Notes: generated by a model not told the origin, from the sequence alone. A stretch of DNA of 64,000 bases from Eledone cirrhosa (GCA_964016885.1 OZ024742.1:12896001-12960000), one strand, 5' to 3'; shown: positions 12,332 through 26,900, counted from the stretch's first letter. Numbers and translations: made by a program.

Positions 12332-12759
12332 CACATATATATATATATATATTTAAACAAACACACACAAACATAGGGACACACAGAGACACATACTTAC
12401 AGATAGACACACACACACATATATATATATATATTTAAACAAACACACACAAACACACGTACACACAGAGACACATACAGGCACACACACACACAAACAC
12501 CCACATATTAACAAACACACATACACACACACAAACACACGGAAACACAGAGACACATACAGATAGACACACATACACTCAAACACCCATATAAACAAAC
12601 ACACACAAACACACAGAGACACATATTTACACACACACAGAAAGGCAGGTAAACACAGAAACAGGTTCATAAACAACTATTTCACTAAGGCAGAGTGGGC
12701 ATTTTAGTTCCATTGAGAAGTCCAGACCTTAAATCAAAGGTTTGTTTACATTTCAGTGT

Positions 12760-15700
12760 GAAGGCGTGATAGTATTAACAACTGGAGAGACCAACGGAAA
12801 CATTGTTTCCTCGTCCAAAGGCGTGATAGTATTACCAAAAGGAAAGACCACCAGAAACATTGTTTCCTCGGTCCGAAGGCGTGATTGTATTAGTAACTGG
12901 AAAGACCAACGGAAACATTGTTTCCTCGGTCCAAAGGTGTGATAGTATTACCAAAAGGAAAGACCAACGGAAACATTGTTTCCTCGGTCCAAAGGTGTGA
13001 TAGTATTAGTAACTGGAGAGACCAACGGAAACATTGTTTCCTCGGTCCGAAGGCGTGATAGTATTAGCAACTGGAATGACCAACGGAAACATCGTGTCCT
13101 CGGTCCAAAGACGTGATAATATTACTAACTGGAGAGACAACGGACACATAGTTTCCTCGGTCCGAAGGCATCAGATTGTTAGGAACTGGAGAGACCAACG
13201 GAAACATTGTTTCCTCGGTCCAAAGGAGTCATAGTATTAGCAACTGGAGAGACGAACGGAAACATTGTTTCCTTGGTCCAAAGCCGTGATAGTATTAGCA
13301 ACTGGAGAGACTAACGGAAACATTGTTTCCTCGGTCCGAAGGCGTGAAAGTATTAGCAACTGGAAAGACCAACGGAAACATTGTTTCCTCGGTCCAAAGG
13401 CGTTAAATTATTAGCAACTAGAAACACCAACGGAAACAATGTTTCCTCGGCCCGAAGGCGTGATAGTATTAGCAACTGGAAACACTAACGGAAACATTGT
13501 TTCCTCGGTCCGAAATTGTGATAGTATTAGCAACTGGAGAGACCAACGGAAACATTGTTTCCTCGGTCCAAAGGCGTGATAGTATTAGTAACTGGAGAGA
13601 CCAACAGAAACATTGTTTCCTTGGTCAAAAGGCGTGATAGTATTACCAAAAGGAAAGGCCAACGGAAACTTTGTTTCCTCGGTCTAGAGGCGTGATAGTA
13701 TTAGCAACTGGAGAGACCAACGGAAACATTGTTTCCGCGGTCCAAAGGCGGCATAGTATTACCAAAAGGAGAGACCAACGGAAACATTGTTTCCTCGGTC
13801 CAAAGGTGTTATAGTATTAGCAACTGGAAACAACAACGGAAACATCGTTCCCTCGGTCCAAAGGCGTTATAGTATTAGCAACTGGAGAGACCAAAGGAAA
13901 CATTGTTTCCTTGGTCCAAAGACGTCATAGTATTACCAAAAGGAAAGGCCAACGGAAACATTGTTTCCTCGGTGCAAATGCGTGATAGTATTACCAAAAG
14001 GAAGTCCAACGGAAACATTCTTTCCTCGGTCCAAAATCTGACAGTATTAGCAACTGGAAGGACCAACGGAAACATTGTTAACTCGGTCCGAAGGTGTGAC
14101 AGTATTAGCAACTGGAGAGACCAATGGAAACATCGTTTCGTCGGTCCAAAGGCGTGATAGTATTAGTAACTGGAAAGACCAACAGAAACATTGTTTCCTC
14201 GGTCCAAAGCCGTGTTAGTATTAATAACTTGAAAGACCAACGGAAACATTGTTTCCTCGGTCCAATGGCGTGATAGTATTAGTAACGGGAAAGACCAAAG
14301 GAAACATCGTTTCCTCGGTCCAAAGACGTGATAATATTACTAACTGGAGAGACAACGGAAACATTGTTTCCTCGGTCCGAAGGCATCAGATTGTTAGCAA
14401 CTGGAGAGACCAACGGAAATATTGTTTCCTCGGTCCAAAGGCGTGATAGTATTAGCAACTGGACAGACCAACGGAAACATTGTTTCCTCGGTCGAAAGAT
14501 GTTATAGTATTAGCAACTGGAGAGACGAACGGAAACATTGTTTCCTTGGTCCAAAGCCGTGATAGTATTAGCAACTGGAGAGACTAACGGAAATATTGTT
14601 TCCTCGGTCTGAAGGCGTGAAAGTATTAGCAACTGGAAAGACCAACGGAAACATTGTTTCCTCGGTCCAAAGGCGTTAAATTATTAGCAACTGGAAACAC
14701 CAACGGAAACAATGTTTCCTCGGCCCGAAGGCGTGATAGTATTAGCAACTGGAAACACTAACGGAAACATTGTTTCCTCGGTCCGAAATTGTGATAGTAT
14801 TAGCAACTGGAGAGACCAACGGAAACATTGTTTCCTCGGTCCAAAGGCGTGATCGTATTAGCAACTGGAGAGACCAACGGAAACATTGTTTCCTCGGTCC
14901 AAAGGCATGATAGTATTAGTAACTGGAGAGACCAACAGAAACATTGTTTCCTTGGTCAAAAGGCGTGATAGTATTACCAAAAGGAAAGGCCAACGGAAAC
15001 TTTGTTTCCTCGGTCAAAAGGCGTGATAGTATTAGCAACTGGAGAGACCAACGGAAACATTGTTTCCTCGGTCCAAAGGCGGCATAGTATTACCAAAAGG
15101 AGAGACCAACGGAAACATTGTTTCCTGGGTCCAAAGGTGTTATAGTATTAGCAACTGGAAACAACAACGGAAACATCGTTCCCTCGGTCCAAAGGCGTTA
15201 TAGTATTAGCAACGGGAGAGACCAAAGGAAACATTGTTTCCTTGGTCCAAAGACGTCATAGTATTACCAAAAGGAAAGGCCAACGGAAACATTGTTTCCT
15301 CGGTCCAAATGCGTGACAGTATTACTAAAAGGAAGTCCAACGGAAACCTTGTTTCCTCGGTCCGAAATCTGACAGTATTAGCAACTGGAAGGACCAACGG
15401 AAACATTGTTAACTCGATCCGAATGTGTGACAGTATTAGCAACTGGAGAGACCAATGGAAACATCGTTTCGTCGATCCAAAGGCGTGATAGTATTAGTAA
15501 CTGGAAAGACCAACGGAAACATTGTTTCCTCGGTCCAAAGGCGTGTTAGAATTAGTAACTGGAAAGACCAACGGAAACATTGTTTCCTCGGTCCAATGGC
15601 GTGATAGTATTAGTAACGGGAAAGACGAAAGGAAACATCGTGTCCTCGGTCCAAAGACGTGATAATATTACTAACTGGAGAGACAACGGAAACATTGTTT

Positions 15701-17834
15701 CCTCGGTCCGAAGGCATCAGATTGTTAGCAACTGGAGAGACCAACGGAAACATTGTTTCCTCGGTCGAAAGATGTTATAGTATTAGCAACTGGAAAGACC
15801 AACCGAAACATTGTTTGCTCGGTCCAAAGGCGTGATAGTATTACAAAAATGAAAGGCCAACGGAAACATTGTTTCCTCGGTCCGAAGGCGAGATAGTATT
15901 AGCAACTAGTGAGACCAACGGAAACATTGTTTCCTCGGTCCAAAAGTGTTATAGTATTAGCAACTGGAGAGACCAACGGAAACATTGTTTCCTCGGTCCA
16001 AAGGCGTGAGAGTATTAGCAACTGGATAGACCAACAGAAACATTGTTTCCTTGGTTCAAAGGCGTGATAGTATTAGCAACTGGATAGACCAACGGAAACT
16101 TTGTTTCCTCGGTTCAAAACTGTTATAGTATTAGCAACTGGAGAGACCAACGGAAACATTGTTTCTTCGGTCCGAAGGTGTGATTGTATTAGCAACTGGA
16201 GAGACCAACGGAAACATTGTTGGCTCAGTCCGAATGTGAGATAGTGTTAGCAACTAGAGAGACCAACGGAAACATTGTTTCTTCTGTCCGAAGGCGTGAT
16301 AGTATTAGCAACTAGAGAGACCAAAGGAAAAATTATTTCCTAAGTCCAAAGGCGTGATAGTATTAGCAACTGGAGAGACCAATGGAAACATTGTTTACTC
16401 GGTCCAAAGGCGTGATAGTATTAGCAACTGGAGAGACCAATGGAAACATTGTTTACTCGGTCCAAAGGCGTGATAGTATTAGCAACTAGAGAGACCAACG
16501 GAAACATTGTTTCCTCGGTCCAAAGGCGTGATAGTATTAGCAACTAGAGAGACCAACGGAAACATTGTTTCCTCGGTCCAAAGGCGTGATAGTATTAGCA
16601 ACTGGAGAGACCAATGGAAACATTGTTTCCTCGGTCCAAAGGCGTGATAGTATTAGCAACTGGAGAGACCAATGGAAACATTGTTTCCTCGGTCCAAAGG
16701 CGTGATAGTATTAGCAACTGGAGAGACCAATGGAAACATTGTTTACTCGGTCCAAAGGCGTGATAGTATTAGCAACTGGAGAGACCAACGGAAACATTGT
16801 TTCCTCGGTCCAAAGGCGTGATAGTATTAGCAACTAGAGAGACCAACGGAAACATTGTTTCCTCGGTCCAAAGGCGTGATAGTATTAGCAACTGGAGAGA
16901 CCAATGGAAACATTGTTTACTCGGTCCAAAGGCGTGATAGTATTAGCAACTGGAGAGACCAACGGAAACATTGTTTACTCGGTCCAAAGGCGTGATAGTA
17001 TTAGCAACTGGAGAGACCAACGGAAACATTGTTTCCTCGGTCCAAAGGCGTGATAGTATTAGCAACTGGAGAGACCAATGGAAACATTGTTTCCTCGGTC
17101 CAAAGGCGTGATAGTATTAGCAACTGGAGAGACCAATGGAAACATTGTTTCCTCGGTCCAAAGGCGTGATAGTATTAGCAACTGGAGAGACCAACGTAAA
17201 CATTGTTTCCTCGGTCCAAAGGCGTGATAGTATTAGCAACTGGAGAGACCAATGGAAACATTGTTTCCTCGGTCCAAAGGCGTGATAGTATTAGCAACTG
17301 GAGAGACCAACGGAAACATTGTTTCCTCGGTCCAAAGGCGTGATAGTATTATGAAGAGGAGAGACCAACGGAATCATTGTTTCCTCGATCCAAAGGCGTG
17401 ATAGTATTAGCAACTGGAGAGACCAACGTAAACATTGTTTCCTCGGTCCAAAGGCGTGATACTATTATGAAGAGGAGAGACCAACGGAAACATTGTTTCC
17501 TCGATCCAAAGGCGTGATAGTATTACCAAAAGGAAAGACCAACGGAAACATTGTTTACTCGGTCCAAAGGCGTGATAGCAATAACAACTGGAGAGACCAA
17601 CGGAAACATTGTTTCCTCGGTCCAAAGACGTGATAGTATTACCAAAAGAAAAGACCAGCGGAAACATTGTTTCCTCGGTCCAAAGGCGTGATACTATTAG
17701 CAACTGGAGAGACCAACGGAAACATTGTTTCCTCGGTCCAAAGGCGTGATAGTATTAGCAACTGGAGAGACTAACGGAAACATTGTTTCCTCGGTCCAAA
17801 GGCGTGATAGTATTAGCAACTGGAGAGACCAACG
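12760..17834. repeat. 58-bp satellite, ~87 monomers, each with an internal hairpin
   Basis: GGCGTGATAGTATTAGCAACTGGAGAGACCAACGGAAACATTGTTTCCTCGGTCCAAA; GACC/GGTC and GGAAACA/TGTTTCC dyads. Confidence 0.97.
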
Positions 17835-18104
17835 CTTTAATTTATATTTTTAATTATCGTGTGTCTACTCTGCCTTTCATAGGTTATAGATTCCATACAC
17901 TGGTGCTTTTTTCCTGTATTATTGATAGCGCACTATATATCTCTCTCTGGTGTGTTACCTTTTCAACATTGTATTTTAAAGAGCTCAGGATCTCTTCTCC
18001 TTTGAGCACATTATTTACAGGTAATAGCGAGGGCCTGTGCCTCCGTTAATTTATCGTGATATATATATATATATATATATATACATACGTGTGTGTGTGT
18101 GTAA

Positions 18105-18327
18105 GCTCCTAGGTTGTGTCGGGGGTAACCACAGTTTAAAAATGTACTCAATACGTTGGTAGTGTATAGACATCTTTATTATATATAGAAATGACTTCTA
18201 CATGACTAGAACTATTTCCTTCGTATGAAATCATCAGGACTGCGCAGATGATTTCATACGAATGAAACAGTTCTATTTCTGTAGAAGGCATTTCTATATA
18301 TAATAAAGATATACACGTATATATGTA
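18105..18327 (-). mobile_element. Family C HHR cassette, palindromic, degenerate stems
   Basis: Minus strand CTGATGA...GAAA at 18193-18240; inverted arm to ~18327; homologous to 32670-32850 and 42450-42635. Confidence 0.75.
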
Positions 18328-18914
18328 TATATATATATATATATATACTTGTGAGTATGTGTGTGTGTTTGTGTGTCTGTGTACGTGCGTGTGCCTGTGT
18401 CTGTGTCTGTGTCTGTATGTGTGTATGTATGTGTGTGTTTGTACCTGTCTGTATGTATGTGTCTGTCTCTGTGTGTGTATGTGTGTATCTGTGTGTATGT
18501 GTCTGTCTGTGTATGTATGTGTCTGTGTGTGTGTATGTGTCTGTGTCTGTGTCTGTGTATGTGCCTGTGTGTGTATGTGTGTGTGTATGTCTGTATGTGT
18601 ATGTGTCAGTGTATGTGTGTATGTGTGTATGTGTGTGTGTATATGTGTAACAAGAAGCAAGTATTCAGGAGCTAAGATTATAATCAACTGCAGTAGCAGA
18701 GATCTGCAGCAAGTCTATGAAGTAGCAACAAATATGTTATCATTTGCCATCGTATACAAAACCTGATAATAAAGAACTTCAAGAATGTCTTATCTTTTGA
18801 GTAAACAACCAATATTTAAGATTAACACCTTGCTAACCTTCTGTATTTTCACACCATCTGCTAGAAACCAGAAACTGGTAAATCTCCTTCAAAGTCCTAA
18901 AGTCTAAGATCTAG

Positions 18915-19185
18915 GGTCTGTCTCAGGCCAGGAGACTCGTGCTGATTCCGGTTTCGTGACCTGAAGTGACTGAGAGAACAAGATTCACCCCTGGATATGA
19001 CGCCAATCCATCGCAGGTTTAAATCCCCAGTTATCGCTGGTACTCGTTTTCAGCAGAGTATTCTGGAATAACGTGAAATAGAGAGTGTTGCTCAAGAATA
19101 CAATACACAACCCAGCCCATGAATCGAACCCACGACATTATGATTGTAAGTCCAACACCTTTACCACGGGGTCACGCACCCCCAT
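18915..19185 (-). mobile_element. tRNA-derived SINE, family B (CORE-like)
   Basis: Minus strand GTGGTAAAGGTGTTGGACTTACAATC...GGTTCGATTC, then GTATTCTTGAGCAACAC. Confidence 0.7.
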
Positions 19186-19238
19186 TATCGTGTTTCTCAC
19201 AAACTTTAAAGACCAGACTTGATTTGGGGTTAAATAAT

Positions 19239-19677
19239 AGTTTCTAATGTAGACACAAGGCCAGTAAATTTTGGTGGAGGAGAAAGTCAATTATATATAC
19301 CCCAGTAAATTACGGGTAGTCTATGTTATCGACCTTGGAATGCTGCGAAACAAAGCTGAATTGGTGGGATTTGAACTCAGAATTTAAAGGGCCATATCAA
19401 AATGCTACATGCTAAATGCTAAATTCCACCAATCCACCGTCTGCCTAGGGTTAAATAATGGTTTCTTATATAGGCACAGGCCAGCAATTTTGCGGGAGGG
19501 GAAAGTCGACTAAATCGACCTCAATGCGTGACTGGTACTTTATTTTATCGACCCCGTAAGGATGAAAGGCAAAGTTAACCTCGGCGGGATTTGAACTCAA
19601 ATTATAAAGGGCCGTAGTTCAATGCTGCAAAGCATGGTGTCCGACCCTCTACCGGTACTGCCAATCCACCGCCCTTA
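19239..19677 (-). mobile_element. Two tandem SINE family A copies
   Basis: GGGATTTGAACTC at ~19366 and ~19586; separated and flanked by repeated GGGTTAAAYAAT. Confidence 0.85.
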
Positions 19678-19699
19678 CCTAGGGTTAAACAATAACAGC

Positions 19700-19815
19700 A
19701 ACTCACTTTTGAAATAAAGTGTCATGTTCAAAGATACAACACTCCACCGGGAATCGAACACACGTCCTTACCATTACGATCATGAGCCGAATACCCTAAC
19801 CACAAAGCCACGAAC
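19700..19815 (-). mobile_element. SINE family B fragment
   Basis: Minus strand GTGGCTTTGTGGTTAGGG...GTTCGATTCCC. Confidence 0.6.
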
Positions 19816-19851
19816 CTTTGCTCTAACATTCCGTTAATTCACAAACCTTAG

Positions 19852-19965
19852 ACAGGTATAATATTTTCTTGATCGTCAAAGGATGAAAGACAAAGTTCAG
19901 CTCAGCATAATTTGAACTGAGATTGTAGAGAACTTGAACCAGTACTACAAGACATTCTACCGACA
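19852..19965 (-). mobile_element. SINE family A, old fragment
   Basis: AAGGATGAAAGACAAAGTT...TTTGAACT. Confidence 0.55.
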
Positions 19966-20551
19966 TAATAACTGTGGCAATAACGACGCTCGTATATTTT
20001 TCCTTCGTAGCATTTCGATTGCCATCAAGTACAAACGAGATTCTTAAGAATATCAGCTTTCTAGACATCAAATTTCATATCATTCTTACATGTTTTCTTT
20101 TAAAAGACGGCTGTCTTCTTTTTTTCCCGTCTTTTAAGACAGTTATTTATATCGCATCTTAGAATATTTCACATCTATCGCTTTATGTCTTCAAAGAGAA
20201 CTTAAAGAAACTAGTTCAAGTAAGTACTTAGCTCTGTTGCTTTGAGTATGTGTATATGTGTATATGTGTGTACATGTGTATGTGTATGTGCATGTGCATA
20301 TGTATATATGCGTGTATGTGTATAGGTATGTGTGTGTATGTGTATATGTATGTGTATGTGTATGTGTATAGGTATGTGTATATGTATATGTATATATATA
20401 TATGTGTGTATTATATGTATATATGTGTATGTGTATGTACATATGTAGGTATTTATGTATGCACATATCTCTGTATGCATTTGTGTATGTGTATATTTGC
20501 CCGTGTGTCTACGTGAATATGTATATATATGTTTGTGATGGGGTGTGTATG

Positions 20552-20591
<40 letters not shown>

Positions 20592-20687
20592 GTAATAATA
20601 ATAAATTTGAAGACAAAAATCGAAAGAGGACTCGATAAGGATAAATATATATCAAATATATAAGAACCGTAGAGCAAAAATCTGTTA

Positions 20688-20758
<71 letters not shown>

Positions 20759-20977
20759 GTGTGTGTTTAAATAAATTTGAAAACCATACAATGCACTAGA
20801 AAATTAAAATTGCTTAGATAACAATGGAATCTTACCAAGAAAATTTATTATCAATGAAGTATCCATGTGAGAGACTTAAAGGATGGGTCGGAGTTGTTAG
20901 GAAGGCAGTCTTAAGTTAAATGTAATGAAAAGACGTTAAAATTTCGAGCATGCGCATTGTGAAATGTCTAGGAAAAC

Positions 20978-23900
20978 GTGTGCTTAGTGTGATGTATGTA
21001 TGTGTGTGTGTGTGAATGTAAGTGTGCTTAGTGGGATGTATGTATGTGTGTGTGAATGGAAGTGTGCTTAGTGAGATGTATGTATGTGTGTGTGTGTGTG
21101 AATGTAAGTCTGCTTAGTGGTATGTATGTGTGTGTGTGTGAATGTAAGTGTGCTTAGTGGGATGTATTTGTGTGCGTGAATGGAAGTGTGCTTAGTGAGA
21201 TGTATGTATGTGTGTGTGTGTGTGAATGTAAGTCTGCTTAGTGGGATGTATGTGTGTGTGTGTGTGTGAAAGTAAGTGTGCTTAGTGGGATGTATGTATG
21301 TGTGTGTGTGTGAATGTAAGTGTGCTTAGTGGGATGTATGTATGTGTGTGTGTGTGAATGTAAGTCTGCTTAGTGGGATGTATGTGTGTGTGTGTGTGTG
21401 TGAATGTAAGTGTGCCTAGTGGGATGTATGTATGTGTGTGTGTGTGAATGTAAGTGTGCTTAGTGGGATGTATGTGTGTGAATGTAAGTGTGCTTAGTGG
21501 GATGTATGTGTGTGTGTGTGAATGTAAGTGTGCTTAGTGGGATGTATGTATGTGTGTGTCTGTGAATGTAAGTGTGTTTAGTGGGATGTATGTGTGTGTG
21601 TCTGTGTGAATGTAAGTGTGCTTAGTGGGATGTATGTATGTGTGTGAATGTAAGTGTGCTTAGTGGGATGTATGTGTGTGTGTGAATGGAAGTGTGCTTA
21701 GTGGGATTTATGTATGTGTGTGTGTGTGTGAATGGAAGTGTGTTTAGTGGGATGTATGTGTGTGTGTGTGTGTGTGTGAATGGAAGTGTGTTTAGTGGGA
21801 TGTATGTATGTGTGTGAATGTAAGTGTACTTAGTGGGATGTATGTATGTGTGTGTGTGTGAATGGAAGTGTGCTTAGTGGGATGTATGTATGTGTGTGTG
21901 TGAATGGAAGTGTGCTTAGTGGGATGTATGTATGTGTGTGTGTGTGTGTGAATGGAAGTGTGCTTAGTGGGATGTATGTATGTGTGTGTGTGTGTGTGAA
22001 TGGAAGTGTGCTTAGTGGGATGTATGTATGTATGTATGTGTGTGAATGGAAGTGTGCTTAGTGGGATGTATGTATGTGTGTCTGTGTGAATGTAAGTGTG
22101 CTTAGTGAGATGTATGTATGTGTGTGTGTGTGTGAATGTAAGTGTGCTTAGTGGGATGTATTTATGTGTGTGTGTGTGAATGTAAGTGTGCTTAGTGGGA
22201 TGTATGTATGTATGTGTGTGAATGGAATTGTGCTTAGTGGGATGTATGTATGTATGTGTGTGAATGGAAGTGTGCTTAGTGGGATGTATGTATGTGTGTG
22301 TGTGTGAATGGAAGTGTGCTTAGTGGGATGTATGTATGTATGTGTGTGAATGGAAGTGTGCTTAGTGGGATGTTTGTATGTGTGTGTGTGAATGGAAGTG
22401 TGCTTAGTGGGATGTATGTGTGTGTGTGAATGGAAGTGTGCTTAGTGGGATGTATGTGTGTGTGTGTGTGTGAATGGAAGTGTGCTTAGTGGGATGTATG
22501 TATGTGTGTGTGTGAATGGAAGTGTGCTTAGTGGGATGTATGTATGTGTGTGTGTGAATGTAAGTGTGCTTAGTGGGATGCATGTATGTGTGTGTGTGTG
22601 TGAATGTAAGTCTGCTTAGTGGTATGTATGTGTGTGTGTGTGTGAATGTAAGTGTGCTTAGTGGGATGTATTTGTGTGCGTGAATGGAAGTGTGCTTAGT
22701 GAGATGTATGTATGTGTGTGTGTGTGTGAATGTAAGTCTGCTTAGTGGGATGTATGTGTGTGTGTGTGTGTGAAAGTAAGTGTGCTTAGTGGGATGTATG
22801 TATGTGTGTGTGTGTGAATGTAAGTGTGCTTAGTGGGATGTATGTATGTGTGTGTGTGTGAATGTAAGTCTGCTTAGTGGGATGTATGTGTGTGTGTGTG
22901 TGTGTGAATGTAAGTGTGCCTAGTGGGATGTATGTATGTGTGTGTGTGTGAATGTAAGTGTGCTTAGTGGGATGTATGTGTGTGAATGTAAGTGTGCTTA
23001 GTGGGATGTATGTATGTGTGTGTCTGTGAATGTAAGTGTGTTTAGTGGGATGTATGTGTGTGTGTCTGTGTGAATGTAAGTGTGCTTAGTGGGATGTATG
23101 TATGTGTGTGAATGTAAGTGTGCTTAGTGGGATGTATGTGTGTGTGTGAATGGAAGTGTGCTTAGTGGGATTTATGTATGTGTGTGTGTGTGTGAATGGA
23201 AGTGTGTTTAGTGGGATGTATGTGTGTGTGTGTGTGTGTGTGAATGGAAGTGTGTTTAGTGGGATGTATGTATGTGTGTGAATGTAAGTGTACTTAGTGG
23301 GATGTATGTATGTGTGTGTGTGTGAATGGAAGTGTGCTTAGTGGGATGTATGTATGTGTGTGTGTGAATGGAAGTGTGCTTAGTGGGATGTATGTATGTG
23401 TGTGTGTGTGTGTGAATGGAAGTGTGCTTAGTGGGATGTATGTATGTGTGTGTGTGTGTGTGAATGGAAGTGTGCTTAGTGGGATGTATGTATGTATGTA
23501 TGTGTGTGAATGGAAGTGTGCTTAGTGGGATGTATGTATGTGTGTCTGTGTGAATGTAAGTGTGCTTAGTGAGATGTATGTATGTGTGTGTGTGTGTGAA
23601 TGTAAGTGTGCTTCGTGGATGTATGTATGTGTGTGTGTGTGTGTGAATGTAAGTGTGCTTAGTGGGATGTATTTATGTGTGTGTGTGTGAATGTAAGTGT
23701 GCTTAGTGGGATGTATGTATGTATGTGTGTGAATGGAAGTGTGCTTAGTGGGATGTATGTATGTATGTGTGTAAATGGAAGTGTGCTTAGTGGGATGTAT
23801 GTATGTGTGTGTGTGTGAATGGAAGTGTGCTTAGTGGGATGTATGTATGTATGTGTGTGAATGGAAGTGTGCTTAGTGGGATGTTTGTATGTGTGTGTGT

Positions 23901-26900
23901 GAATGGAAGTGTGCTTAGTGGGATGTATGTGTGTGTGTGAATGGAAGTGTGCTTAGTGGGATGTATGTGTGTATGTGTGTGTGAATGGAAGTGTGCTTAG
24001 TGGGATGTATGTATGTGTGTGTGTGAATGGAAGTGTGCTTAGTGGGATGTATGTATGTGTGTGTGTGAATGTAAGTGTGCTTAGTGGGATGCATGTATGT
24101 GTGTGTGTGTGTGAATGTAAGTGTGCTTAGTGGGATGTATGTATGTGTGTGTGTGTGTGAATGTAAGTGTGCTTAGTGGGATGTATGTATGTGTGTGGGT
24201 GTGAATGTAAGTGTGCTTAGTGGGATGTATGTGTGTGTGTGTGTGTGAATGTAAGTGTGCTTAGTGGGATGTATGTATGTGTGTCTGTGTGAATGTAAGT
24301 GTGCTTAGTGGGATGTATGTATGTGTGTGTGTGTGTGAATGTAAGTGTGCTTAGTGGGATGTATGTATGTGTGTGTGTGTGAATGTAAGTGTGCTTAGTG
24401 GGATGCATGTATGTGTGTGTGTGTGTGAATGTAAGTGTGCTTAGTGGGATGTATGTATGTGTGTGTGTGTGAATGGAAGTGTGCTTAGTGGGATGTATGT
24501 ATGTGTGTGTGTGTGAATGGAAGTGTGCTTAGTGGGATGTATGTATGTGTGTGTGTGTGAATGGAAGTGTGCTTAGTGGGATGTATGTATGTGTGTGTGT
24601 GTGAATGGAAGTGTGCTTAGTGGGATGTATGTATGTGTGTGTGTGTGAATGGAAGTGTGCTTAGTGGGATGTATGTATGTATGTATGTGTGTGAATGGAA
24701 GTGTGGTTAGTGGGATGTATGTATGTGTGTGTGTGTGAATGGAAGTGTGCTTAGTGGGATGTATGTGTGTGTGTGTGTCTGAATGGAAGTGTGCTTAGTG
24801 GGATGTATGTATGTGTGTGTGTGTGAATTGAAGTGTGCTTAGTGGGATGTATGTATGTGTGTGTGTGTGAATGGAAGTGTGCTTAGTGGGATGTATGTAT
24901 GTGTGTGTGTGAATGGAAGTGTGCTTAGTAGAATGTATGTATGTATGTGTGTGAATGTAAGTGTGCTTAGTGGGATGTATGTATGTGTGTGTGTGTGAAT
25001 GGAAGTGTGCTTAGTGGGATGTATGTATGTATGTATGTGTGTGAATGGAAGTGTGCTTAGTGGGATGTATGTATGTGTGTGTGTGAATGGAAGTGTGCTT
25101 AGTGGGATGTATGTGTGTGTGTGAATCGAAGTGTGCTGAGTGGGATGTATGTATGTGTGTGTGTGTGAATGGAAGTGTGCTTAGTGGGATGTATGTATGT
25201 GTGTGTGTGTGAATGGAAGTGTGCTTAGTGGAATGTATGTATGTATGTGTGTGTGTGTGTGTGAATGGAAGTGTGCTTAGTGGGATGTATGTATGTGTGT
25301 GTGTGTGAATGGAAGTGTGCTTAGTGGGATGTATGTATGTATGTGTGTGAATGTAAGTGTGCTTAGTGGGATGTATGTGTGTGTGTGTGTGTGAATGGAA
25401 GTGTGCTTAGTGGGATGTATGTATGTATGTGTGTGAATGTAAGTGTGCTTAGTGGGATGTATGTATGTGTGTGTGTGTGAATGGAAGAGTGCTTAGTGGG
25501 ATGTATGTATGTATGTGTGTGTGAATGGAAGTGTGCTTAGTGGGATGTATGTATGTGTGTGTGTGTGAATGTAAGTGTGCTTAGTGGGATGTATGTATGT
25601 GTGTGTGTGAATGTAAGTGTGCTTAGTGGGATGTATGTATGTGTGTGTGTCTGAATGGAAGTGTGCTTAGTGGGATGTATGTATGTGTGTGTGTGTGTGT
25701 GAATGGAAGTGTGCTTAGTGGGATGTATGTATGTGTGTGTGTGTGTGTGAATGGAAGTGTGCTTAGTGGGATGTATGTATGTGTGTGTGTCTGAATGGAA
25801 GTGTGCTTAGTGGGATGTATGTATGTGTGTGTGTCTGAATGGAAGTGTGCTTAGTGGGATGTATGTATGTGTGTGTGTGTATGTGAAGGGAAGTGTGCTT
25901 AGTGGGATGTATGTATGTGTGTGTGTCTCAATGGAAGTGTGCTTAGTGGGATGTATGTATGTGTGTGTGTCTGAATGGAAGTGTGCTTAGTGGGATGTAT
26001 GTATGTGTGTGTGTCTGAATGGAAGTGTGCTTAGTGGGATGTATGTATGTGTGTGTGTGTGTGTGAATGAAAGTGTGCTTAGTGGGATGTATGTATGTGT
26101 GTGTGTGTGTGTGTGAATGGAAGTGTGCTTAGTGGGATGTATGTATGTGTGTGTGTGTGAATGTAAGTGTGCTTAGTGGGATGTATGTGTGTGTGTGTGT
26201 GTGAATGTAAGTGTGCTTAGTGGGATGTATGTGAGTGTGTGTGTGTGAATGGAAGTGTGCTTAGTGGGATGTATGTGTGTGTGTGTGTGTGAATGGAAGT
26301 GTGCTTAGTGGGATGTATGTATGTGTGTGTGTGTGAATGTAAGTGTGCTTACTGGGATGTATGTATGTGTGTGTGTGTGTGAATGTAAGTGTGCTTAGTG
26401 GGATGTATGTATGTGTGTGTGTGTGAATGTAAGTGGGCTTAGTGGGATGTATGTATGTGTGTGTGTGTGTGAATGTAAGTGTGCTTAGTGGGATGTATGT
26501 ATGTGTGTGTGTGTGTGAATGCAAGTGTGCTTAGTGGGATGTATGTATGTGTGTCTGTGTGAATGTAAGTGTGCTTAGTGGGATGTATGTATGTGTGTGT
26601 GTGTGTGAATGTAAGTGTGCTTAGTGGGATGTATGTATGTGTGTGGGTGTGAATGGAAGTGTGGTTAGTGGGATGTATGTGTGTGTGTGTGTGTGAATGG
26701 AAGTGTGCTTAGTGGGATGTATGTGTGTGTGTGTGTGAATGGAAGTGTGGTTAGTGGGATGTATGTGTGTGTGTGTGTGTGAATGGAAGTGTGGTTAGTG
26801 GGATGTATGTATGTGTGTGTGTGTGAATCGAAGTGTGGTTAGTGGGATGTATGTGTGTGTGTGTGTGTGTGTGAATGGAAGTGTGCTTAGTGGGATGTGT

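Noticed and set aside
12760-17834. 58-bp satellite as a CRISPR array or tandem hammerhead satellite
   Set aside because: No unique spacers or cas genes; CTGGAGA...GAAA lacks A6 and has no stem II or stem I pairing.
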